A stretch of DNA of 64,000 nt from Okamejei kenojei (taxonomy: Eukaryota): assembly GCA_035221665.1 (NCBI GenBank), contig CM069146.1, forward strand, positions 43,648,001 to 43,712,000. The letters run 5' to 3'. Every line of letters starts with the position of its first letter. Positions within the stretch are counted from its first letter, which is position 1. The notes beneath the pieces are model-generated. The model made no database searches and was not told where the DNA came from. It saw nothing but the letters and a program-made list of their open reading frames with translations. Below are positions 11,322 through 22,435 of this stretch, one piece after another. The position numbers were made by a program, and so were the translations under genes.

Positions 11322-12446
11322 ACTGAGACGATCCTGAGGGGCAACTTTTTTCCACAAAGGGTGTTAGATGTACGGAATGAGCTGCCGAAGAAGTTAGTTC
11401 AGGCTTGTACTGTCACATTTAAGAAACATTTAGACAGGTGCATGGATAAGATAGGTTTAGGAGGAAATGGGGCAAACGCAGGCAGGTGGGACTAGTGTAA
11501 ATGAAACATGGTCACTAGGGGCGCTGCACTGCCAGCAGCCTCTGCCTGCAGCCCGATTGTTTTTACATTTTTTTTTAATAAAAATTTTTATTCTGTTAAA
11601 AGTTTGTTTTTGGGGGAGTCTATAACTTTTCTATGTGGGGGAGGGGGGCAGGGTAAGGGGGAAACTAACTCCCAGTCGCTTCCTGGCGGGGACGCGACTT
11701 TCTCCGAGTCGCGTCCTCGCCCCCCACCTCGTGGCCTACCTCCTGGATCGGAGCGGCCTTTCCTGCCGGGGACCGGGAACCGGACCAGAGCTGCAACAGC
11801 GGCGGCGCTGCGCTGGAGTCACTGCGGAGCGGGCGATGCCTACCTGGGTCGTCTTTGGAGCTCCGGAGCGTTGAGCCGCTGCTCCAACATCATGGAGTTC
11901 TGGTTTGGAGAGCTCCCAACGCGGGTGGCGCTGACCGTCATCGTGGAGTCCTGGGGCCCTTTGCCGAGGGCCTCCAGCGTTGCATCTCCACCCGGCGTGG
12001 ACTGCGGACTTTGGGAGCCGCGGACTCCGGTAGGAGGGGGCCGATTCGAGGTCCAGGCCGCTGAGGACATCCCCCAGCCCCGACGTCGGACTTACATCAC
12101 CCCAGCGAGCGGGCCTGAACATCCGGCCGCCCGTAGCGGCGACAGCGGAGGGCTCGGGGAGGCCCTGACCACGGGGGAACAGTGGGGAACATCAGGGGAA
12201 GAGACTGACTTTGGTGCCTTCCCTCACAGTGGGAAACTTTGATCCTGCTGTGAGGGGATGTTTTATGTTGAACTTCTAGCTACTCTATGTTGTGTTCTTT
12301 TTTTTTCCTGTATGGCTGTATGGTGATTTCATTTCACTGTGCCAATTGGCACATGTGACAAATAAAATGTATCTGTATCTGTATCTGTATGTCAGCCAGC
12401 ATGGATAAGTTGGGCCAAAGGGCCTGTTTCTTCACTGTATGACTGT
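11322..12446 (+). mobile_element. CR1 3' end split by the GC-rich insert at about 11515-12389
   Basis: LRGNFFPQRVLDVRNELP..GRWD* at 11322-11495; 3'UTR resumes at about 12390 (gcatggataagttgggccaaagggcctgtttc). Confidence 0.8.
11515..12389 (+). mobile_element. GC/CpG-rich non-autonomous retroelement with a Rex1-like 3' tail
   Basis: Interrupts a CR1 3'UTR; ends cactgtgccaattggcacatgtgacaaataaa plus (TATCTG)n; 3' part homologous to 38480-38670; no recognisable protein. Confidence 0.65.
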
Positions 12447-12893
12447 AAAAGCCCTGTCTCACTGTGCGATCCACCCAAGAGTGACTCCAAGTGAAAGAAA
12501 AAAAACAGACTCGTTATGTACGAGATTCCAAGTTTATGTTCAAGTGTTTAACCGAGTTCTCTGCCTGACCCGCAGAGTTACTCCAGCATTTTGTGTTGGG
12601 CATCAAACAAACCCTCGTCCAGTCATTCTGCTTGTTTTCCAGATCGGCTAAGTATACATTTGTTCCCCTGATTACCCCACCCCTCTCCTCACTTTTACCG
12701 TAGATGCACTTACTAACCCTCGTCCTGTACTGACTAATCTATTTATTTAAAATGCCAAGCAACATATTTCCTACTGCTTCCTCTAATTCCCATTCCTCGA
12801 GAAAAGGTTGAAGCATTAACTTATCACAAAAGGTCACAAAATGTTGGAATAACTCAACGGGTCAGGCAGCATCTCTGGAGAAAATGGATAGTT

Positions 12894-12920
12894 GACGTTT
12901 CGGGTCGGACTCTTCTTCAG
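12894..12920 (-). ncRNA. Minimal type I hammerhead ribozyme core (Penelope-associated)
   Basis: Minus strand CUGAAGA-AGAGUCCGACCC-GAAAC-GUC: intact CUGANGA and GAAA boxes, GUC triplet, palindromic ACGU helix III; helix II imperfect. Confidence 0.6.
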
Positions 12921-12925
12921 GGCCT

Positions 12926-13214
12926 TTAGTTTAGTTTAGATACAGTATGGAAACAGGCCCTTTGGCCCACCGAGCCCATGCTGACCACAATCACCCGGAC
13001 ACTAGTTCTATCCTACACACTGCGGGGCAATTTACAGACGACAATTAACATACAAACCTGCACGTCTTTGGAATGTGGGAGGAAACTGGAGCACCCGGAA
13101 AAAATCTACGTGGTCACTGGGATAACGTGCAAACTCCGTACGGACAGCACCAGTCGTCAGGATTGAACTCGGGTCTCTGGCGCTGTGAGGCAGCAACTCT
13201 ACTGCTGCGCTGCC
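12926..13214 (-). mobile_element. V-SINE (HE1-like), near full length
   Basis: Reverse-complement gcagcagtagagttgctgcctcacagcgccagagacccgagttcaatcc head, V-domain, CR1-like tail with (AAACT)n. Confidence 0.9.
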
Positions 13215-13989
13215 AATGTGACATTCCAAGTTTTAGAATGAAGTTAGCCGCTTACAAATTCCATTCTCTGCCCAGCGTGGAGAATCATGAATTGCCAAGA
13301 CACAAGGCACTATAGATGTTGGTTCCTTTTTTTAAAATCACAAATTCAAAGTTATCTATTCAAGAATAATGTAGTGTGGTTCTTTGGATTTGTCCATACT
13401 CAACTTAAAATTGTCCAATATCTGTAACTTAAAGTTTTTTTAAAGCATCTAGTGAAACACTACCCCCCCCCCCCCCCCCCTTCCTTCCCCTCCCAACTCC
13501 AGTCCTGTCCCGACCCCCTGAGAAACAGAAGGGAGCGACAATCAACTGCCACAGATACAAATAATGTCATACACAAGAACGGGCAGATGCTGGTTGACAA
13601 AAAGTGAACACATGGGGCTGGAGAAATTTGGAAATGTCATCCCGTCATCCATTCCTTCTTTCCAGAAATGCTGCCTGCCCGCTGAGTTAAAGAGTTCCCA
13701 CGGTAGACTCACGAATCACCAAGGTAAACGCACGGGCCACTACGTTATTACAACGAGTTTAAATGTTTCAATTTTTAACTTGAACAGTAAATTTGACTCG
13801 TGGAAAACATCAAACATGTTTGAATTTTTTCACGAGTTAACAAGTTTCACGGGTACCTGCTGTTAGCGCCACGAGTCGCTAAGTTGCGCGTGCAAGTTCC
13901 GACGTTCCCACTACGTTAATTGTACGTGATTACGGCGAGTGAAAACCCGGGGTCATTGTGGGTCAACTCGCACCGTGAGACAGGCCATT

Positions 13990-14168
13990 GTGGAATAGAT
14001 GGAAGAATTGAGAGTAGGGAATAACATCTTCACAAGAGGTAGGGTGAGAGAAAGTGGAGTCTAGATAACTGTGGGGGTCAGTAGGTTTATAATAGATGTT
14101 AGTTGATAGTCTGTCTCCTGTGACAGAGACAGAGAGATCAAGAAAGGGAAGCGAGGGGTCCGAGATAT
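13990..14168 (-). mobile_element. Penelope-like reverse transcriptase fragment
   Basis: ISDPSLPFLDLSVSVTGDRLSTNIYYKPTDPHSYLDSTFSHPTSCEDVIPYSQF, matching the PLE RT thumb motif LPFLD..YYKPT..YL..S.HP. Confidence 0.9.
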
Positions 14169-14747
14169 AGTATAGTGTTGCAGCTGGTATTATAGTAACA
14201 TTAATCATGCTATCTTTTTGGTTCCATAAATTTGCTTTTGAAGAAATGCTGCTGAGGTTGACTGAGCATTTTGTAATCCATTCCATTTTGTTAATTGTAG
14301 TGATGAGGGTTAATTTCATAGCAAGGGAAATGGAAACAGAGGAACTGTCCCCATTGGGTTCAAGTGTTTCAATGTATGAAAAAGAATCACCTCTCAATAA
14401 GAGAGCACACAGGAGGGATTCAAAGTAGCTGTAAGATGACTGATTTTGACATTGCATGGAATGTAAGGGAAGATAGGAATGGCACCTGACAACGTTTTTT
14501 TTTAAAAGGCTGCAAAATGATTTCCTTGTTCAAGTTTCATTGACACATCATCATGATTAGGCTAACTTTAAAGGCAAATAAAAAATGTTTCCACAGATTC
14601 AGATCCTTTGGACAGTCCAGCACTGCCATGTGACTGACACCTATCTTCAAGTTGAACACATTTCTTTTACCTGGGTCATGGAATTTTCAGTAAAATAATA
14701 AACAAATGCTTCTTGGATGTCATGAAGATAATTGTTTGTTCATCAGA

Positions 14748-14930
14748 TTTTAGTTTAGTTTTGAGATACAGTGTGGAAACAGGCCCTTTGAGTCCGCACT
14801 GACCAGCGATCCTCACATATTAACACTATCCTATACACACAGGGGGGACAATTTTACATTTATATCAAGCCAATTAACCGACAAACCTTAACGTCTTTGG
14901 AGTGTGGGAGGAAACCAAAGATCTCTGAGA
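14748..14930 (-). mobile_element. V-SINE 3' half
   Basis: tttagtttag..gagatacagtgtggaaacaggccc tail and core aagccaattaacc.acaaacc..gtctttggagtgtgggagg. Confidence 0.85.
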
Positions 14931-15367
14931 ATCCTGACACAGTTCAGTAATCATCCAGACAATTTGATGAGCCATGATGAAACCAATTAACATTTAACTA
15001 AATTAAAAAAATATTGGCTGAGATGTTGGTCTGTAAACATTTATCCTATTTGCATTAAAAAAAAAACATGTGTTACTTGAAGTCAAAACCAGGTTCAGGT
15101 TACGTATGGGGCAGTTGATATCCACATGATGGGATCACTTCAATATTGTTGAAATCGCAGGCTTAAAAGCTAAACTATGCAAGCATTGCAGCCTTTGGTG
15201 AACAATTATATATTTGCATTCCCACAGCAGTCAAATTTCCTTTTTGTTAAAATTGCTGGAAGATTTACAGGGTAAAAGATAACTCAGAGTATAGAAATGC
15301 TGCTGGAACAACAACCGTACTCTCAATGTAATTAAAACCAAGGCCACAGATTCTTAAACCAGTCTTC

Positions 15368-16005
15368 ATTGACGGGTTGATGGTCAACAGCTTTAAGTTC
15401 CTGGATATGCATATATCTGACAATTGCCCTGAACCCAGCACATTGATTCACTCATAAAGAAACCCCATCAATGTCTCTATTTCCTTGGAAGTTTGAGGAG
15501 TTATGGAGGTCAACGAATAATTTCTCGAAGTTCTAATGGTGTATGGTGGTGAGTATAGAATAGAATGCTATTTATTGTCATTATTGTCATTCAAACAGGT
15601 TTGAACGAAATTGCATTTTCTACAGTTTTTTTACATTACAAAAAAACCCAAGACCCACACTTAGCACAAACATCCATCACAGTGAGTCTCCAATACGTCC
15701 TCACTGTGATGGAAGGCAAAGTCTTATCTCTTCCCTTTGTTCTTCACCCCAATATGATTGATTGCATCACGGCCTGGTTTGGCAACTTAATCACCCTGGA
15801 ATGAAGGAGATTACAAAAAGTGGTGGATGCTGCCCAGTCCATCGCAGATACCTCCTCAATGTCGAATGGATCTATAGGATGCATTGCCTGAAAAATTGCT
15901 TCAACAAAGAGCCACACCACCCGAGCAACACTCATGCTTTTGAGAAGCGGGTGTAGGAGTCTGAAAACCGTGACCTCCTAGTTCAGAAATGGCTTTGTCC
16001 CACAG
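15368..16005 (+). mobile_element. Decayed Rex1/Babar LINE RT C-terminal fragment, with an opposite-strand insert at about 15556-15745
   Basis: FKFL..HIS, CITAWFGNL and RLQKVVDAAQSI motifs. Confidence 0.8.
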
Positions 16006-16884
16006 GAAGTGTGGCACATACCCACCTTGACTTGCTGGTCATGCCCTGCTCTTTTAATTTTGCAACTCCTACATTCATTTGCCTATGTTATTTTGACTAT
16101 GTTTCACCCTCTATCTGCCTCCATTGACCTGATAACCCTGTTGGCATGTTATCCCCTTGGTCACCCTATTGTAGCCATCCATTCTTCTCTATACTCCCTG
16201 CAGCTTAAGAAACGTATTTTCCCTTTTTCTCTGCTCTGACGAAGGGCCATAAAATCCAATTCTCTTCCCACAATATGCCCTGATCTGCTAGAATTTCCTG
16301 CGTTTATTTTAGATTTTAAACATCTGCAGTTTTTAATATAATTTTCCATTGCTACATGTTTTCTGTGCCCCTACATCACGTTGCAGCAGCAAACAAGAAT
16401 AATAAGCAGTAATAATACCTTAAAGACCCATTATATATTAAATGTTTAGCTTTTGATTGTATGCTCAGCTATACTGATAATTCTTTGTAGTCCCAAGCCA
16501 CTTAAGCTGATTGAATTGAGAACATTTTTTTTCCTTTACATCTTAATTCACATGCCAAGCCTAAAGCGTTATAAATATTCCGAGAACAGAAATAAAAAGA
16601 TCTGCTTCACTAAGTTCATGGTAATGGAAAGACATTCCTCCCTGGGAAACAAGGATGAAACATGACAATTTGTTGCTGGTCTCCGTTCATCTGCTTGTCA
16701 AGTTAATTTTGTTATGGAAATAGTTCCTGGCTTCTGCTGAGCACAGATATCTGGCACAGTACCTTTGCTTGTAATCCTGCTTTTAATTGCTCACAGTGCA
16801 AATTTATTTGTGGGTGGCAGTATGACATCATTGTTCCGCCATCATTCCAGGTAAAATAAAGTGGGGATTAGAAAAAATACAGAA

Positions 16885-17168
16885 ACTGTTTCTTCCCAGC
16901 TGTTATCAGGCAACTGAACAGTCATTTCATCAGCTAGAGTACGATCCTAACATCCCATTTACCTCATTGGAGACTTTTAAACTTTCTTCAATCAGACTTT
17001 ATTAGTTCTCAATGTGATATCTTTATGCCAAATGCTCTACCTTTATCCTTTATCTTTGCACCGTGGACAGCTTGATTGTATTCATATATAATCTTTTTTT
17101 TAACTGGATAGCATGCAATTGAAAGCTTTTTACTATATCACAGTGCACATGACAATAATAAACTAAAT
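16885..17168 (+). mobile_element. Rex1/Babar-like 3' end
   Basis: ttcttcccagctgttatcaggcaactgaac (FFPAVIRQLN) and 3'UTR ending gcacatgacaataataaac. Confidence 0.7.
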
Positions 17169-17917
17169 TAATAGAAATTTAAATATTTGTCAAAGAAATA
17201 TGTGTTTAGTTCTGTATAATTGATGACTTCTGCAAATATACAAATATGCAAAAAGTGTATAACGTGATAAAATATTATGTTATTCATTGCTGACAAGGAG
17301 TGCAACAGGATAACGAACAAGCAATAGTGTTTATTTTGGTTTTCCATTCAAGTCCTGCTTTTGTCTTGGGAAGAGATGCAGTGATTTGTCATTTCTGTGC
17401 TTCTAACTGAACATTTTTAATGAAGCTGAATGCATGTGCCTTAAAACAGTCATTTCCAGATGCCTTCTAATTGTGAAAACAAAATTGAAGATGGCATGGG
17501 TCTTGTTTTTTGCCTGTGGGTAGGAGATGGGAAATGACAAACGGATTAAGTTCTCAGAGTAAAACCATGCAATGATTGAATACATTGACCAAGAGAGCTT
17601 TAGTTACAAATCTCTGCTGATGAAGAATTGTTTATAGGAATACTTATGACTTTAAAGAAAATAAGTAATTGGAGTTTCCTTTCCTCTATCACGAATCACT
17701 CACCTGGAAATATGTTGAATGACGGAGCTGCAGTTGTGCTTTCTGCACTGCTTACAATATGATCCCTTTATGTTGACATTATAAAACATCTTAAATTTAA
17801 GATTATAAGATACCTTAAGCTTGCATTCACTATTCTCTCTGTACCTAACAGTAGAGAACAAGGTGCTTTGTATTTAGATCTAATCAACAATCAACTGAAC
17901 GGATTACTCTCAAAACT

Positions 17918-17956
17918 GATTAAGTGTGTAGTAAAGAGATTAAGTGTGTAGTAAAG
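17918..17956. repeat. Tandem duplication, 20-bp unit
   Basis: gattaagtgtgtagtaaag(a) present twice. Confidence 0.9.
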
Positions 17957-18240
17957 CAACACATATGGATGCAAAAAGTGAAATTAAAAGAACCAGGCAG
18001 TATTGGAGAATAACACAGACCCATTCCTTACACAGCACACGTTTAGTATGCAACAGCGGTTTCCCTCGACAATATTCCCTCAAATATGTAACACATAGAG
18101 GAATTCCTTCGTGTAGACATTTGTTCTTGTTGCTTGCACTCAGCACACAGCTTTGTAGTGACTGTCATTGTACATCTTTTCCAATGGTTTCTATAAAAAA
18201 AATTAAGGATGAATTCAGTCAAAAGACATTCTTAAAGTTT

Positions 18241-18324
18241 CTCGACCCGAAACGTCGCCTATCTCCTTCGCTCCTTAGATGCTGCTGCACCCGCTGAGTT
18301 TCTCCAGCTTTTTGTGTAACCCCC
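18241..18324 (+). mobile_element. 84-bp Penelope terminal fragment with a 14-bp TSD
   Basis: CATTCTTAAAGTTT at 18227-18240 and 18325-18338; insert begins with half a hammerhead core (ctcgacccgaaacgtc). Confidence 0.85.
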
Positions 18325-18624
18325 CATTCTTAAAGTTTTGTCAGACAATTGAGTTTTGTAACCATTATTAATAATGGTGAATGAGTGTCAGAAAGATTAT
18401 ATTTTAATCTTAAATCCGCAGTTACACATTTTAAATGCTGTTTTTACATGATGCAAACATTACAAGTGACTCAAACATATATCTTTCTATTTTTTTAAAC
18501 TTAGTATTCTCCCAAGGTTTAGTTTTTCTATTTGATAATTGACTTTATTTTTAATCATACTGATATGTTGAGAAAAGAATGACATACATAATTTAGTCAA
18601 AGCCACTGTTTATCAGTATGGAAG

Positions 18625-18850
18625 ACAATAGACAATAGACAATCGATGAAGGAGTAGGCCATTTGGCCCTTTGAGCCAGCACCGCCATTCAATGTAATCA
18701 TGGCTGATCATCCACAATCAGTATTAAAGAAGGAACTGCAGATGCTGGAGAATCGAGGGTACACAAAAAGCTGGAGAAACTCAGCGGGTGCAGCAGCATC
18801 TAAGGAGCGAAGGAGATGGGCGACGTTTCGGGTCGAGACCCTTCTTCATC
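18625..18850 (-). mobile_element. CR1 3' tail with (TTGTCTA)n, adjacent to a Penelope terminal fragment
   Basis: gacaatagacaatagacaat..ggagtaggccatt (18625-18722), then gaaggaactgcagatgctgg..gacgtttcgggtcgagacccttcttca. Confidence 0.8.
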
Positions 18851-19427
18851 CAGTCTGAATTTTTCTTGAATTTTACCATGTTGCCAGTTTAAATGTATGA
18901 TGGAACCTTCATGGATGATGAATGAAGGAAGGAATGAAGGCAATAGCATAGAGGCACAAAGAACTGCAGATGCTGGTATACAGGAAAAAGCCCCAAAGTG
19001 CTGTAGTAACTCAGCAGGTCAGGCAGCACCTCAGGAGAACATGGATAGGTGACATTTCAGATCAGGACCCATCTTCATAGCATAGATTTGCCTTCAAAAT
19101 GAGTTTCTGTGGAAATGTATACTTTTAAGAATAATCAAAATGAATGAAATTCCAAGTGCAATTTAGTCCAAACTCGGCAATACCACGAGTTGAAATTCTT
19201 ATTTGTGTAAAAATGTGTCAAGAATATACAATTATATGAGATAAACATGATTTGTAGATGTAGGGAGGGGGCTATATTTTGTAAATAAGCAATATAAAAG
19301 ACAGAATGCATGAACGATTTTCATAATTTGTTCTCTTTATACTATTGGATCAATCAAACTGTATAATACCAACAATTCTGAATGAAATCACTGGTGTTTA
19401 TCTATTTGAACTGTGCTGGGGTTGGAA

Positions 19428-19902
19428 TGGATCCAGAGGAAGTTTACGAGAATGATCCCAGGGATGATTGGGTCAATATATGAGGAGCGATTGAAGTCTC
19501 TGTACCTGCACTCACTAGAATTTAGAATGATGGAGGAATCTCATTGAAACCTACCGAATAATGAAAGGCCAAGATAGAGTGGTGTGGAGAGGATTGCGTG
19601 GTTTCCAGTGTTGCGTGGGTCTAGGATCAGAGGGCACAGCCTCAATCAAAGGACATACTTTTAGAATGGAGATGAGGAGGATTTTTTTTAACCAGAGTGT
19701 GGTGAATATATGGAATGCATTGTCACAGACGGCTAAGAATCTGAGTCATTGGGTATATTTAAAGTGGAGATTGATGGGTTTTTGATTAGTAAGGATATCA
19801 CAGGTTACAGCTGGAAGGCAAGAGAATGACAGACATGATTGAATGGCAGAGCAGACTCGATGGGTTGAATGGCCTGATTTTGCTCCTATGTCACATGGTC
19901 TA
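19428..19902 (+). mobile_element. CR1 3' fragment
   Basis: QRKFTRMIPGM..YEERL..LEFR..FFNQSVVNIWNAL plus 3'UTR. Confidence 0.85.
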
Positions 19903-20715
19903 AACAATATTGATCAGGACTCTATCTGATGCAGATTTACAGTTTATACTGTTTCAAGACTATAATTTGATCAGTTTCGTATGAAACAAGTTTGAAGTGC
20001 ATAAATCGTCACACAGTTTCAGAAGATAAAATTCACATAGGTAAATACTATTTCAAGTTGCATTAACTTAATTTCTGATGCATTTTTTGTTCATTATGTT
20101 AGAAATCTTTGAACGTTTAAGTGATGCACGTTATGTTGAAGCAGGGGTAGGCCTTTGTCAGTTGACAAAAATGTTATGTGTTCTAGCGCACAGCATCCCC
20201 AGAGGGCCACAGTTGAGTTGTCATCACTGACGCTATACCGCTGGAAACTAAGAAGCTTTGCATCCTGCATGGCTTCCTGCCAATGCAAGCTGATGTACTG
20301 AACGGCTGCTTCCCGTACCTAATATTGCATTGTTCATCAAGGTAAAATGGGCAGCAGGACTAGGAAAAAAAATAGTTCTATTACACTGCCTATTATGTTG
20401 ACCGGCCAGTAAGCGTGCCTGCTGTCAATGTAACTGGGAGATCAGTAGCCAATGTAATTCTTTTCCTTGATTTGCTTTCCAGAATTTGCGTACAGAAAAC
20501 CTTTGCACATTAATCAACCATCCTTTCCCCAGTAGACTGATAATGATTCATAGAATGCATCAATGATGGAGGTTGGGCAGTGGGCTAGAACAGGATGAAA
20601 TGATTTATAAAGTATTGTGGCCAATTAATTGTAGCTTGTTGCTAGATGCTGACAAATTATGTCAGGTTCCAATTGAGATTGCAAATTCTTTAATATGCAG
20701 CTTCAGAAATCCATA

Positions 20716-20952
20716 GTTTAGTTTAGAGATACAGCATGGAAACAGGCCCTTCGGCCCACCAAGTCAGCACCGACCATGATCCCCGAACATTAATACTATC
20801 CTTCATACACTAGGAACAATTTACACATACGCCAAGCCAATTAACCTCCAAGCCTGTATGTCTTTGGAGCACGGGAGGAAACCGATCTCGGAGAAAGCCC
20901 ACGGGAAAACGTACAAACTCCATACAGACAGCACCCGTAGTCAGGGTTGAAT
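20716..20952 (-). mobile_element. V-SINE
   Basis: Same tail, core and V-domain as the other copies. Confidence 0.85.
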
Positions 20953-21775
20953 TTCATAAAAGTATAATCATAGTATGGCTGACAAATTGTGCATTAAACT
21001 TTGCACTACAGTCTGTAAATCTTAGCTTTGATAGACAGCAGAGGTTAATACTTAGAATTAATCTCTCCACAGGGATTGAGTTCACCAATCCTCAGTCACT
21101 CATGTTGATGTCCAGACACTGAAGGCTGTGGTCTGACTCTGGGAGTAAAAGAGGAGAAAGGTCACCTTCTATTTCAGACTACTTGATTGTGACTTCTGGA
21201 TTTTTATCTTCTTAACAGATGATAGTGTAAGCAAACAGTGAATAGGTCATCAAGACGTGGAAGTAACCCGATATATATGAGAATGAATTCAGTCAAACAG
21301 GATGAAAAACGAATGATGAGGAAACATTGGATTGAATGGTATTGTTAAACATGTTTGCACTTGTGAAAAATATTGTTGTCCCTGCAATATATTGACTTTA
21401 TTACTCTGTAACATATCAATTGATATGTTAAACAAAAGACTCTGAACCAACATTTAGTACAACTTAATTTTACCTCAGCACACGTGCAAACTACTGACTT
21501 TTAATAACTTTGCATTTGATTTACTGTTCTAGCCACATAACACGTATATGTTTATTAAATCTCATACCTGCATTTTTTATGTCTTCAAAAATAGCATTGA
21601 GTTGTTGTTTCAAGTTGTTGTTGTTGTGTTATATACATCTGGACATGACAGCTCCAACCCCAGCACAATTCAAATAGATAAACACCAGTGATTTCATTCA
21701 GAATTACTGGTATTATACAGCATGGCAGCATTTCCAGTCTTTTTCACATACCAACGTCAAATAGTTAAAGGAGGT

Positions 21776-22105
21776 TTTGTTTAAGTTTACGTTTAGAGAT
21801 GCAGCATGGAAACAGACCTTGCGGCCCACTGAGCCCATGCCGACCATTGATCACCCCTTCACACGAGTTCTTTGTTTTCCCATTTTCTCATCCACTTCCT
21901 ACACTTTAGGGACAATTTTGCAGAGGCCAATTAACCTACAAACCCACATGTCTTTGGGATGTGGGATGAAACCAGTGCACCCAGAGAAAACCCACATAGA
22001 CAAAGGGAGAACATGCAAATTCAACACAAACATCATCTGAGGCCAGGATCAAACCTGGATCTCTGACACTGTGAGGCAGCAGTTCTACCAGATGCGACCA
22101 CTGCG
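21776..22105 (-). mobile_element. V-SINE, near full length
   Basis: Same head, core and tail as the other copies. Confidence 0.85.
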
Positions 22106-22435
22106 TTGGTCATGAAAGATGGAGAGGAGGGTTTGAAGAGTCAAGAATGTTTTATTGTCTATTGTCCCAGATAGAACAATTAAATTCTTACTTGCTGCAG
22201 CACAACAGAACATGTAAACATAGTACACTGTAAACAATATAATAAACAAGGGAGAAACTTATGCATTATCAAGCATTTATGTTCGTAAGTACTTAATCTC
22301 ATGTAAAGAAGAAATGAAGGTAATGCAGAACAAAATATATTTAATTCTATTGTGTACAGATAGTTGTGGATTTAATTAATGCCACATATATTTGAAATCA
22401 AGAAAATGATCAGTTATGGTAGTGAACTACAGCAA

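Larger units (their letters stand above)
12449..13988. mobile_element. PIF/Harbinger-like non-autonomous DNA transposon carrying SINE and Penelope fragments
   Basis: Terminal inverted repeats gccctgtctcactgtgcga (12451-12469) and tcgcaccgtgagacaggcc (13968-13986), 17/19 match, similar to the TIR at 45292. No matching TSD on the right. Confidence 0.6.

Noticed and set aside
11508-12242. 244-aa ORF and overlapping ORFs
   Set aside because: GC-rich repeat interior that is open in several frames on both strands; no recognisable domain.
13963-14457. 164-aa minus-strand ORF as a host gene
   Set aside because: Only the last 60 or so residues are meaningful (Penelope RT); the rest is chance read-through.
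22428-22435. TACAGCAA at the left end of Tc1 copy 1 as an excision footprint (TACAGTA-like)
   Set aside because: Too short and imperfect; a point mutation of the TA TSD explains it equally well.
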